A stretch of 64,000 nucleotides of DNA, taken from positions 32,001 through 96,000 of the IMG/VR virus record IMGVR_UViG_3300003962_000013. The stretch is one strand, 5' to 3'. The position numbers and the translations under genes are program-made. How positions within the stretch are numbered: position 1 is the first letter of the stretch; every line of letters begins with the position of its first letter. This stretch comes from a virus. Its lineage: Duplodnaviria; Caudoviricetes. Below are positions 1-9,758 of the stretch, one piece after another. The notes beneath the pieces were generated by a model that searched no databases, was not told the DNA's origin, and was given only the letters and a program-made list of their open reading frames with translations.

Positions 1-1234
1 TTAATTTATACTTAGTGAATACTGAATTAATTTTGGGTAAAATTTGATCTTCTTCACTATAATCAATTAATATAGAATCATATGTGTATAAAACTATTTT
101 TGATTGTTTTTTACTTAATAATTTAATTATATCCCATAATATGAGAGTATTTGTAGATGTCTCTAAATTTTGTAAATAATAATTAAATAATTTGGTTGGA
201 TTAATATCTTTTAAATTTTTATCAAATTTGTGTCCTGAAATAGAACATGATATATATCCATTTGTATTAAATTCTTCCCATAATTTATTTATATATTGTT
301 GAATTAATTTAAAGAATTCTATATGTTGATATTCTTTATATATTCCACCATATAATTGTTTGAACATTAATATTTTAGCTTCTTCAGTACTAATATTTGC
401 TTCTTTAGCAAAATAACTGTATGGAGTTTCATCATTAAAATCATACCCTATTAATTGTGAAGCCAATACAGGATGATATGAATTAATATCTATTTCTATT
501 AAATAATCATTCTCAGGAATAAATGCTTCTCTACATCCATTATCTTTTACAAGTGCTGCAAAATTAATCCCATTAAAACTATTAGAAGGCCGTCCGGTTG
601 TAGTATGTAAGTTATACTTGGAATATATTTTGTTATCAAATATAGAATATAATTCATTTTGAGGGGTAAAATATTGGTTAAAAATAGTTTTATCAATTTT
701 AATACCATTTTTTTCTATGGCAAAGAATATACTGGATAATTTAATATGGAATTTTGAATTATCAAGTTTAAGGCAATAAGGTTTTATTTTTTCAAAAATT
801 AATTCACATTTTTCATAATGTTTAACTAGAGGTATAATAGTATTAATATTAGATAAATTATCAAATTTTTGGTAAAAAAAGTTATAAACATTCAATTCAG
901 GTTCATCAATTTTAGGTGAACCAAATGATATATCTATTGTATTTTTAATAGGAAAATCATATATAAATGATTTTCTGTCCCTTACATAAATTTCCTCGAA
1001 TGAAAGAAGAAAATCGGTTATATCAATTTTATTAATTGAAAGAGCTTCAGTATGATTAATACATAATATATATCCTTTATCATTATTTAGTGGTTTCAAA
1101 TAAAGAAGAGATACATCATTAAGGGCAGGGTGTACATTATCATTAAAATATATTGGTTCTACAAATACTTTTTTATAGTTTTTACCCAATAATAAATTTA
1201 ATTGATCATATGTTTCAACAATAAAAAATAACAT
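1..1234 (-). CDS. Family A DNA polymerase-like protein, compact; runs off the left edge
   Basis: Not in the ORF track. Manual translation from ATG at 1234 (MLFFIVETYDQ...) stays open to base 1. It contains IEKNGIKID, YNLHTTTGRPS, motif A IEIDINSYHP, motif B AKILMFKQLYGG and motif C LYTYDSILID. Confidence 0.8.
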   Translation of the reverse strand, partial: MLFFIVETYDQLNLLLGKNYKKVFVEPIYFNDNVHPALNDVSLLYLKPLNNDKGYILCINHTEALSINKIDITDFLLSFEEIYVRDRKSFIYDFPIKNTIDISFGSPKIDEPELNVYNFFYQKFDNLSNINTIIPLVKHYEKCELIFEKIKPYCLKLDNSKFHIKLSSIFFAIEKNGIKIDKTIFNQYFTPQNELYSIFDNKIYSKYNLHTTTGRPSNSFNGINFAALVKDNGCREAFIPENDYLIEIDINSYHPVLASQLIGYDFNDETPYSYFAKEANISTEEAKILMFKQLYGGIYKEYQHIEFFKLIQQYINKLWEEFNTNGYISCSISGHKFDKNLKDINPTKLFNYYLQNLETSTNTLILWDIIKLLSKKQSKIVLYTYDSILIDYSEEDQILPKINSVFTKYKL

Positions 1235-1291
1235 AACCTTTTTAATTTAAATTAATATAATAATAAATTTTTAAATTCTCAATCTTAAATT

Positions 1292-1370
1292 CAAAAAAGA
1301 AAACACCCAGATAGCGAGTCTTGAGTGTTTTCAGATAGCCGAAGCTATAACGGTCCTAATCCGTATGTCT
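1292..1370 (-). ncRNA. Candidate structured small RNA with segments antisense to 23S rRNA helix 69 and the following nucleotides
   Basis: Minus strand reads TTAGGACCGTT, then ATAGC-TTCG-GCTAT (UUCG tetraloop hairpin), then hairpin GAAAACACTCAAGA-CTCGCTA-TCTGGGTGTTTTC and a U tract. Plus strand 1338-1359 matches 23S GCCGTAACTATAACGGTCCTAA at 20/22. Confidence 0.5.
1293..1332 (-). terminator. Rho-independent terminator ending the tail/baseplate operon
   Basis: 13-bp stem (one bulge, one G:U) followed by a run of T on the minus strand. Confidence 0.75.
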
Positions 1371-1976
1371 TTATTTATAGTATTTTACAAAATCATTTTT
1401 TAAATATTCTACTAACATTGGGAAATTACCTTGAGTAGATACTAATTGAGTAATATTTTTGTTAGTTTTATATACTTGTTCTTTATCTCCTGTTAATTGC
1501 CAAGGTATATTAAAAGGTCTATATAATTGGTAAAGTATAGTAGAATCTTTTGCTACTAATTTATCATAGGTTTCTTTATTTATTTCAATATATATAATTT
1601 CATTAGATTTTTTACAAAAATATCTTCTGTATTCTCCATTTGTGTAATCTTGTTCTGTTGGGATATTTGGAGAATATAAAGGTAAATATGTAACTTTAAG
1701 TGAATCTATATTTTTAATTTCATCATATTTACTGAAATAATTAACTTTATTAACTGGAGAAGGATTGTTAGGGTTATTAAAAGTATCATTTATAGGATCT
1801 TTAAATTCTACAATTTCTTGAGTAGGTGTATCTTGGGGAGTTTTACCAGTAAAAAATTGTCCTTTGGAAGTTTTCCAATAATATCCTTTATATGGGTTAA
1901 AAGTATTTAAATATACAAATGTTTCACCATTAGTATATAAATTAGTTGTTATCTGGGATAAAGGATAATACGCCAT
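1371..1976 (-). CDS. Hypothetical protein, probably baseplate-associated
   Basis: ORF track gives 1371..2021; the ATG of MAYYP at 1976 is the likelier start because it avoids overlap with the hub gene. Confidence 0.6.
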   Translation of the reverse strand: MAYYPLSQITTNLYTNGETFVYLNTFNPYKGYYWKTSKGQFFTGKTPQDTPTQEIVEFKDPINDTFNNPNNPSPVNKVNYFSKYDEIKNIDSLKVTYLPLYSPNIPTEQDYTNGEYRRYFCKKSNEIIYIEINKETYDKLVAKDSTILYQLYRPFNIPWQLTGDKEQVYKTNKNITQLVSTQGNFPMLVEYLKNDFVKYYK

Positions 1977-1987
1977 ATTAATAAATA

Positions 1988-4900
1988 TTAGATAGACCCC
2001 CAATATTCCCAATGCCAACATTCATCAACACCATTTCCATCAGATAATCTATATGGATTATACCATCCAAATTTTGGACCATTTTCACTCATCCATTTAT
2101 ACAGTGGATTATTTTGTCTTACTAATGAATTAACATATGGTGCACCAGATCCTCCAACTGCTTGATATAATTCAGATACATCAAATGCCCCCGCCCATCC
2201 ATGTGGAGATGAACCAGGAGATGATACTGTATTACCTGATCCTAGATTTGATTGGTGTTGTCTACTTCTATATGCTGAACCTAATGTCCAATTAAATCCT
2301 GCTGCTTTAGCGGAATTGTAAAAAGATATATATGATTTGGCTGCTATTGGGTGTAATCTCCAATACCCATCAGGGTAATATATTTTATTAGCTGATGGAG
2401 GGAGGAAAGTTAATTTTTGTAACACAGATGAATCATTAATATTTAATAATCCGTTTTGTTTTCCTAAGGATTTAATATATTTAGCTAAATCAGAATTATC
2501 ATATGGTAATGCTCCTACTTTGTTATTAGAAGGAATAATAATAGGTTGAGATGTTACATCACTATTTTGACCGGTTGAAGTTAAATTTGGAGAGGTATTT
2601 TCATCTAATACTCCTGAAGCTATACAATATGATTCTAACTTAGTATACCATTTATTATTAGATACTTCATGAGAGATATTTTTAATTAAAAATTTAACTA
2701 CATTAGGATAATTCGATGGTAAATAAGAAGTATCAATAGTAAATTGCTGATTAATTTTCATTCCTGAGATACCATCCATTGTTAAAGATAAATTAAAGGG
2801 GATAAATCCTGTACTTGGGGATGCAGTGTTTGATTGTTGAGGATTATTTAAATTATTTATTCGTTCTTTAACTTTAACTATTTGTTGTTTTAATTGAATA
2901 ATGTTTGTTAATGTATCTTTATAAGTATCTATTTCTTCAACATTAAGTTCTTGGAGAGTATCATAATTTGAAGATTTTGTAGGACTTAATGTTTTTAAAA
3001 AGGTAGTATATTCAAAATAAATTTTACCTAACTTATTAGATAATTCTTCATATTCCTTAGAAGAAGAAATAGAAGTTGATATATTAGATATATTATTTGA
3101 TTCTGAGAAACTACCGTTGGTTACTGTGTTTTTATATCTATCTTCTAATCCTTTATTTAATTTAGATAATGCTGTGTCATTTTCTCCTACAACAGTCCCA
3201 TTTGCTGCAGCTCCAACTGTTATTATTGTAGAAAATTCTGGGGTTAATTCTGTTGTGAATGAAAAATCTTTTATAAATCCAGCGGTTCCATTATTTCCAT
3301 TATATCCATATAATTCAAAATATGCTGGTTCTGTTGATAAGCTACTATTTTCTATTGATTTATATTGGATTCCTTTATCTTTATAATAATTAATTACCTT
3401 ATCCAAATTAGGAAGAGGATTTTTATCTATTATTTTAACAGTATTAGTAGTTTCATCTATAAACACATCTAAATCATTTATTCCCCCCAATGCTGTGTTT
3501 ACACCTTGTAATATTCCTTGTAAAAAATCAATTAATGAAACTTTATTTTTATCATCTTTTAATTCATCTATTTTATTTAAGATAAAAGTGAAATTAAGAT
3601 ATATATTCATTATATCTCCATAATCTGTATTTGGAATAGATGATTTTATATCTTGAAATATAAATGGTTCACATCCAGGTGCATATACAAAATTAGCATT
3701 ATCAATTTTAGATTCAATTGAAAATAAATTATATGTAGTAGACGAGTCTAACATTTGTAATGTTTTATTAACAACACATATCCTTGGATCTACACTGATT
3801 TGAAGAGGATCTACATACATAAGATTAGTTCCTGATTCAAAATCAAATTTTAATCCGGGGATGAAGTTATTGTTATCATTAGATACTTGAATCATTATTA
3901 CATTTTGAATAAATTGTAAAAGTGTTCCTAGTCTTACATAATACTGCCATTCATCTTTATAATTATCCCATTTGATGGAAACAGCATCTCTATGTCCTTT
4001 ATCAAATAATGTGGAAGATATCTTAAGATTTTGGTTATTATATTCTTCTATAAATTTATTCTGGTTTTTTTGGATTTGAGAATTTATTATAGGAATAGAT
4101 GTATAATAAGAATTTGCTTTTTCTGGGACTGTTACTTTAAATCTAACTCCTGCAGATAAATTTTCTGGTAATGGTGATAACAAATTTGATATATCAAAAG
4201 CGACATCTGGAATCCATGAAGATTTTGGGTTTGTTTCTTCTTTAACATCAGCTAATTGAAATTTTAAGAAATAGAGAAAACTTCCTATAGTGTGTTTAGA
4301 AGCATATAAATCTATTAAATCTACAGTTGATAATTCTTCTGTTGATGCTGATTTTTCTTGCTCATCTTTAATAGAAATAAAAGTTCCATCTGTTTCTAGT
4401 AAAGTATTTATTTTTAAACTTTCAATAATATCTCCAATACTAGATAAACTAATAGTTATATCATAGCTTCCATCAGGTATAAATGACCAATGAAAATTAG
4501 TAACTTTAGCAAACATCGCATCATAGTTACCATTTGTTAATAATCTTTGGTCATGGATTTGTTTTAATAAAACATCATAATTACCAGCTCCATTTAAAAA
4601 AACATTATCTAAACTATTATTTGAATTTTTTTGTAAAATTCCTTTATTATCAAAATACATTGTATTTCCCCATTCTAATAGAACTGAGAATCCTAAACGT
4701 AAATAAAGTATATCGATTATTTCAAATTGGGTTTTATTAAATGCTTTTAGTTTAACTTCTGCTCTTCTTAATGAACCTCTATTTTCATGGCTAACAGATA
4801 TAGATTGAATACCCATCATTGGGCGTAAACCAAATTCTGTACCTCCAATACCATAAGCTGAATCTCCTCCTGATAATAAATTTGACTCAGTTATTCCACT

Positions 4901-5206
4901 TCTAGAAAACATGTTTCCACCATTATATTCACTGGTTCCATTAAATAAAACATATTTCTGAGCTAATCCATTTCCAACTAAACCATTTTCAAGGGTGAGT
5001 TGTTTTACATTTTGACTATTTATTAGTTTAGGGTCTCTTATAAAAACAGATGACATTAATTTACACCAAGATGTATTTGCATTTAAAAATGATATTTCAT
5101 CAGGTGTTCTGGAAGTACCTTTAGCATATCCTGATCCGTAAGCTTTTTGTCTTACTGAGATTTGATCTGTAATTTCTTTAGGGAATCCTTCTCCAAAAAT
5201 ATTCAT
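1988..5206 (-). CDS. Baseplate hub / tail-associated lysin with C-terminal M15 (VanY-like) Zn peptidase
   Basis: 1072 aa; C-terminal SAYRS...SSPHGWAGAFD...ECWHWEY motifs; lies downstream of the tape measure gene. Confidence 0.7.
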   Translation of the reverse strand: MNIFGEGFPKEITDQISVRQKAYGSGYAKGTSRTPDEISFLNANTSWCKLMSSVFIRDPKLINSQNVKQLTLENGLVGNGLAQKYVLFNGTSEYNGGNMFSRSGITESNLLSGGDSAYGIGGTEFGLRPMMGIQSISVSHENRGSLRRAEVKLKAFNKTQFEIIDILYLRLGFSVLLEWGNTMYFDNKGILQKNSNNSLDNVFLNGAGNYDVLLKQIHDQRLLTNGNYDAMFAKVTNFHWSFIPDGSYDITISLSSIGDIIESLKINTLLETDGTFISIKDEQEKSASTEELSTVDLIDLYASKHTIGSFLYFLKFQLADVKEETNPKSSWIPDVAFDISNLLSPLPENLSAGVRFKVTVPEKANSYYTSIPIINSQIQKNQNKFIEEYNNQNLKISSTLFDKGHRDAVSIKWDNYKDEWQYYVRLGTLLQFIQNVIMIQVSNDNNNFIPGLKFDFESGTNLMYVDPLQISVDPRICVVNKTLQMLDSSTTYNLFSIESKIDNANFVYAPGCEPFIFQDIKSSIPNTDYGDIMNIYLNFTFILNKIDELKDDKNKVSLIDFLQGILQGVNTALGGINDLDVFIDETTNTVKIIDKNPLPNLDKVINYYKDKGIQYKSIENSSLSTEPAYFELYGYNGNNGTAGFIKDFSFTTELTPEFSTIITVGAAANGTVVGENDTALSKLNKGLEDRYKNTVTNGSFSESNNISNISTSISSSKEYEELSNKLGKIYFEYTTFLKTLSPTKSSNYDTLQELNVEEIDTYKDTLTNIIQLKQQIVKVKERINNLNNPQQSNTASPSTGFIPFNLSLTMDGISGMKINQQFTIDTSYLPSNYPNVVKFLIKNISHEVSNNKWYTKLESYCIASGVLDENTSPNLTSTGQNSDVTSQPIIIPSNNKVGALPYDNSDLAKYIKSLGKQNGLLNINDSSVLQKLTFLPPSANKIYYPDGYWRLHPIAAKSYISFYNSAKAAGFNWTLGSAYRSRQHQSNLGSGNTVSSPGSSPHGWAGAFDVSELYQAVGGSGAPYVNSLVRQNNPLYKWMSENGPKFGWYNPYRLSDGNGVDECWHWEYWGSI

Positions 5207-5533
5207 CTATAAATTATTTAAATTTTTAAAACTATTTAAAACACTAACATAATTTGCAGGAATACGGATTTGAATTCCTTCAGGTATTATTAATGAATCT
5301 TGTGATAAATCAGAGGGTAATGATGTTCCAGCTGTAGCTGTGTTAGCAATAGATATTATCCACCAAAGTGATTGGTCACCATAGTATTGATTTGCTAATA
5401 TATCAAATCTATCTCCTTGAGTAGCATAAACATAAATATCTTCATCCGAAAGGGGAATTTCAGGATATTTAGTTGTTTGATATGCTAATTTATTATCAAT
5501 TTTTATATTAGGTATGGATTGATATCTATTCAT
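5207..5533 (-). CDS. LysM-like baseplate protein (gp53 / tail X-like)
   Basis: GDRFDILANQYYGDQSLWWIISIAN...IPEGIQIRIP signature. Confidence 0.75.
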   Translation of the reverse strand: MNRYQSIPNIKIDNKLAYQTTKYPEIPLSDEDIYVYATQGDRFDILANQYYGDQSLWWIISIANTATAGTSLPSDLSQDSLIIPEGIQIRIPANYVSVLNSFKNLNNL

Positions 5534-5535
5534 TT

Positions 5536-7218
5536 TTAAGAATCATAGTTATTAGAGTTTATTCCTTTTCCATTGGATAAAGCTATATAACGCTCAGGAC
5601 CATAATTTGTTAAGATTCCATTTTTATCAAAAATATTTTGTTGAGATCTTGGAACAAAATTGTGAATTGGGATGAAATTAAATCCAGTTACTTTAATCAA
5701 ATGAGGAAGTTCCTTAACAGATTCATCGTAATTCCCTTCATCATTTATTCCTATTTCCCATGTTGCGTTATCATCATTCATTTCATAATTAAACCCAGTT
5801 ATAATACCCGGTTGTTCATAAAGATACCCACCAATGGTTAAAGTAATTATATTTCCTCTCATATAACCACTATTACTATAATCTGGAGCACAAACTGAAG
5901 CTAAATAGTTTAATTTTTTATACATTGGAATTAATTCTATCTTTGATTGAGCTGCTACAGTCCAAGATAATGAAATTTTTCTATCAAAACCAGCATAAGT
6001 ATAAAATTTTTCTCCTCTTCCTATATATTGAGTTGAATTCCAATCAGATGAATACCCATCAGATATATTGTTAAGGAAAGCTCTAAAATGAATATAATTT
6101 TTAGGTATATTTTCATTTCCTGTCAAATCATAAACTCCTATTCTAAATTTTATTAGGTCATTTACGGGTTTATCAGTAGTTATAGCAGCTGTTTCACTTT
6201 GGTAAATAGGTAATACATTTATTTTATCATACGAATTTTCACTTGCTGCTCCTTTAAAACTTCCACTAGTATATGATGATATGTTTTTACCAAAATCATT
6301 TCCTGGGTCTCCTAAATTTACTCTTTGTTCTATATTTTTTTTAGTATAATTAGGGGCAGCCGTTATTAATTCATTTCTTTTTCTCAATAATGATCTAAAA
6401 TCTCCTGGAGTTGTTGTGGCTCCATATTTACCATTTTGAATTAAAAATGATTCACCATCTGATTGTGGAGTTGTGGAAATAGTAGATAATTCATTTTGAG
6501 TATATGTAGTGGTTCTATTACTATTAGGAAATACCCCAGCAACAGTTGCATTAGATATAATTCTTTGATCTGCAAATCTTATATTTGTGTTTCCTATACC
6601 TAATAATGAGTTGGGACCTCCAATATATGTTAAAATATTAGTAGATAAAGGTGAAATGCCTGTTGTTATAGGATTGTATGATAATTCATCTGTTATTTTC
6701 GATCTAGTTAATCTAACTAATCTATTAGTAGATGTTTCTTCAATTAGTAAATCTGATGGGATTGAGCTTCCTACTTTTACAATATCAGAATATGTTCTAA
6801 TAGAACCTGGTGTGTCAGGAATTGGATTAAAACCTTGTTTATTAAAATGTAATCCAAAAGCACTAACACTCGCTTGAGCTAATGTAGATAATGGGGTATA
6901 TATACCTTCGTTTAATATTCCAGTACTAGATTGAGTACGAACAGCAGTTCTTGATAATAAGTTTTGTTTGGCTACAAATAATAAACCACTAGGACTTTTT
7001 AAATCATTGAAATATTTAGTTAATCTTAATACATCTTCTGTAGTATTCTTAACAGAATATAATCCACCTCTAAGAATAAAATCTTGATTTGGAATTAAAG
7101 AAGTATCCCCATCTGGAATTGGTGATATGATATATGGTTGGTTACTACTTCCTCCATGTATTCTATCATTACCAAATTTAAGAGATTTAAGATTGGTTTG
7201 TAGGTTTATTAATCCCAT
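5536..7218 (-). CDS. Baseplate / tube-initiator protein
   Basis: FRAFLNNISDGYSSDW...YIGRGEKFYTYAGFDRKISL, typical of contractile-tail tube initiators; gene position. Confidence 0.55.
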   Translation of the reverse strand: MGLINLQTNLKSLKFGNDRIHGGSSNQPYIISPIPDGDTSLIPNQDFILRGGLYSVKNTTEDVLRLTKYFNDLKSPSGLLFVAKQNLLSRTAVRTQSSTGILNEGIYTPLSTLAQASVSAFGLHFNKQGFNPIPDTPGSIRTYSDIVKVGSSIPSDLLIEETSTNRLVRLTRSKITDELSYNPITTGISPLSTNILTYIGGPNSLLGIGNTNIRFADQRIISNATVAGVFPNSNRTTTYTQNELSTISTTPQSDGESFLIQNGKYGATTTPGDFRSLLRKRNELITAAPNYTKKNIEQRVNLGDPGNDFGKNISSYTSGSFKGAASENSYDKINVLPIYQSETAAITTDKPVNDLIKFRIGVYDLTGNENIPKNYIHFRAFLNNISDGYSSDWNSTQYIGRGEKFYTYAGFDRKISLSWTVAAQSKIELIPMYKKLNYLASVCAPDYSNSGYMRGNIITLTIGGYLYEQPGIITGFNYEMNDDNATWEIGINDEGNYDESVKELPHLIKVTGFNFIPIHNFVPRSQQNIFDKNGILTNYGPERYIALSNGKGINSNNYDS

Positions 7219-7221
7219 CTA

Positions 7222-7497
7222 TTATTGGGGTAGATTATTAATATATTGTGTTGGAGTTGCTCCGTTTAAATCTAATTGAGATGGTTGAGGTAATACATTA
7301 TTAACTCCATCATTGTATTGTTGGAAAGCAGTATTTACATCTGTAAAATTTGATCCATTGATGGAATAACCTGGTTGATTACCATCAGTATGTAATTTTG
7401 ATAATTGAGTTGCTCCAGGATTTACTGATGGAGTTGAACCATTACCATATGAAAGTGGTGATCCACCTTGAGTTGTTAATTTGTCTAAAAGTCCCAT
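7222..7497 (-). CDS. Small virion structural protein
   Basis: 91 aa ORF with the late promoter motif upstream. Confidence 0.55.
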   Translation of the reverse strand: MGLLDKLTTQGGSPLSYGNGSTPSVNPGATQLSKLHTDGNQPGYSINGSNFTDVNTAFQQYNDGVNNVLPQPSQLDLNGATPTQYINNLPQ

Positions 7498-7510
7498 GTT
7501 ATTTTTTATT

Positions 7511-7518
7511 TATAAATA
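7511..7518 (-). promoter_or_regulatory. Putative late promoter TATTTATA (representative of about 20 intergenic copies)
   Basis: Exact copies in the same orientation at 10819, 12203, 14017, 17487, 23823, 24613, 26081, 30790, 34396, 39963, 45086, 45596, 47422, 50162, 53804, 56506, 59270; one-mismatch copy at 9735; TATGTATA variants at 30150, 41266, 43391. Confidence 0.65.
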
Positions 7519-7525
7519 TTATTAA

Positions 7526-9709
7526 TTATTGAGTTTTATAAGTATTCATAGCAACTGAAGTACCAAATTTAGTACCATTCATACTATTTTCTACTACGGT
7601 TGGTTTAGAATTGGATTTTACTTGTTCTTGACGTAAAGCTTTTAACTCATTAAGTAAAGGAGAAAGATCTTGTTGTGGTTGTTGATTTGGGGAAGATTTT
7701 TTTCCTCCACCTAAATTAGTTCCAGCTATCACTGTATCTTCATTATTTAATGCTATTGAACCTTTAGGTGTAAGTAATGTTCTATCACCATATCCTGGAG
7801 ATATAACGTCATCACCTTTAAACATAGAATATGCTGCAGCACCCACAGAAGCAATGGCTCCAAGTGCTGTAATCCACCCAACAACTGGAACTGCGGCTGC
7901 ACTTTGACCCGCAGCTGCTGAAGCTCCTGCTATTTGTGCTATTGCTGCTTCGCGGGCTTTTTTTCCAAATAGACCCATAGAGGTAATATTTAAAGCTAAA
8001 GATCTAGCTAATTTTCCTCCAGCAATACCTGCAATTGCTGTGAATAATATTTTAATTGATGTAGTGTGGCTTAAAAGTGAAGCTACTAATTCTAATGGGC
8101 CTGCTAATGCTTCACCCATTTTTTCAATAGATTTATTTATACTATCTTGAACAGATAAACGCTTCATATCTTCTAAAGCTACTCCTGATGCTGCAGCTGC
8201 TGCTTCTTCTGTTAAACCATTTTGAAGTTGTTGAGTAAAAATCATTTTTGATAATTCATCTTTACTTAATCCTATGGCATCAGCTATAGCTTGTTGTTGT
8301 ATTCTATTCCCTTTAGAGAAACCACTTATTACAGCTTCATTATTACCTATTTCTTTAGTTAATCCTGCTAAATCATTATTTAATGCTAATAAACGAGCTT
8401 TTTCTAGGTTTAATTGTTGACCCGTCATAAGTTCAGCTGATATTTCTGAATTTATTGAGGATTCAAAATTAAGTAAAGATTCGGCTGTTTTATCTATTTG
8501 TTCTAAGGTTAAACCTAATTTTCTGGCTTCAGTAGCAGCTGCTGCTAGTTTTTCAGGATTACCTCCAAATGTAATAGCAATTGCATTGGATATATTAGTT
8601 ATATCTTTTAATATTTGTTTTTGAGATATAGCTGTTTTATTAGCCTTATTAAAATTACTAACTTGATTTATTATAGTTTTATCAATAGATTTTAATTCTT
8701 TACCATTTATCTTAGAAAACATAGATAAACGACCTGCTTCATTAGCACTAAGACCCATCAATTCAACCAATTCAGTAGCTTCTTGAAGAGTTTCGGGAGT
8801 AAAAATCAAATCTGCTGCTAAACCTAATTCCTTAGTCATAGCAGTAGCTTGTTTAATATAATCTGAAGATGTAATTAGGCTAGTATTGAGAGTATCAATA
8901 TGTGAAATAGATCTTCCTGTTTCTCTAGTAAAATCAGTTTGAGCTTTATTTAATGAGTTAAATCCTCTTACAATAGATGTAACTAAAAATAACATCATAT
9001 TTGATGGATTTAAAATGCCATCTTTAAATTGTATTCCTAAATTTTTAACTCCAGCTCTTAATCCTTGAATTCCACTTTGAGTTTTAATAGTTTCTTCTCG
9101 TGCGGACTTTAATGCTTTTTCTGTGTCTATTAAATCACCTATTATTGGGATCTTACCCATACCTTTTAGTATACCTGAAAATACTCCTAATTCTTTATCA
9201 GCACCTTTAATAGAATTTTCTATAGATTCAAGTGTTGATTTTTGTTGTTTTAAAGGTTCAATAGATTCGTATGCTAATTCATTAAAATTCTTTTGAAGTT
9301 GGATTATAAGTTTTTCCTTCTCAATTCTTTCGTTTTCACTTATAGTAATATCTTCATTTAATTGTTTTTGAATACTTCCTATTCTAGTAGTTAATACTTG
9401 TTGTTCAGCTATTTTTTTATTTATCTGAGATTGGATATCTTTAGAAGTAATCGAATTGTTATTTATTTTAACCTGATTCTTAACTAAATCTTCAGTAATT
9501 TTGCTTAAAGATTTTACAGATCGATTTATATCTTTATATGTTAAATCAAATGATTTAGCGCTTGATGTTCCTTCTCGTATTTCATCAACTACGTCTGATA
9601 ATCTACTAGTAAGTTCTCTGAATCCTTCTTCTAAGACTCCAGTAAGTTCACTCATATTCTTAAGTGAATTATTCATTTCTTCAGCTTTATCGTTTGGATT
9701 TTCAGCCAT
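7526..9709 (-). CDS. Tape measure protein
   Basis: 727 aa, helical and Ala/Leu/Lys-rich with hydrophobic segments; follows the tail tube and chaperone genes. Confidence 0.7.
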   Translation of the reverse strand: MAENPNDKAEEMNNSLKNMSELTGVLEEGFRELTSRLSDVVDEIREGTSSAKSFDLTYKDINRSVKSLSKITEDLVKNQVKINNNSITSKDIQSQINKKIAEQQVLTTRIGSIQKQLNEDITISENERIEKEKLIIQLQKNFNELAYESIEPLKQQKSTLESIENSIKGADKELGVFSGILKGMGKIPIIGDLIDTEKALKSAREETIKTQSGIQGLRAGVKNLGIQFKDGILNPSNMMLFLVTSIVRGFNSLNKAQTDFTRETGRSISHIDTLNTSLITSSDYIKQATAMTKELGLAADLIFTPETLQEATELVELMGLSANEAGRLSMFSKINGKELKSIDKTIINQVSNFNKANKTAISQKQILKDITNISNAIAITFGGNPEKLAAAATEARKLGLTLEQIDKTAESLLNFESSINSEISAELMTGQQLNLEKARLLALNNDLAGLTKEIGNNEAVISGFSKGNRIQQQAIADAIGLSKDELSKMIFTQQLQNGLTEEAAAAASGVALEDMKRLSVQDSINKSIEKMGEALAGPLELVASLLSHTTSIKILFTAIAGIAGGKLARSLALNITSMGLFGKKAREAAIAQIAGASAAAGQSAAAVPVVGWITALGAIASVGAAAYSMFKGDDVISPGYGDRTLLTPKGSIALNNEDTVIAGTNLGGGKKSSPNQQPQQDLSPLLNELKALRQEQVKSNSKPTVVENSMNGTKFGTSVAMNTYKTQ

Positions 9710-9758
9710 GGTATTATAAGTAGTATTTATCCATCATAAATATTAAAAATTTATAATC

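Noticed and set aside
1309-1359. rRNA gene fragment or host contamination
   Set aside because: The match is short, permuted and embedded in phage terminator structure, with no flanking rRNA similarity. It is kept only as a candidate antisense element. It is also not a complete I-CeuI site, because the sequence diverges after CCTAA.
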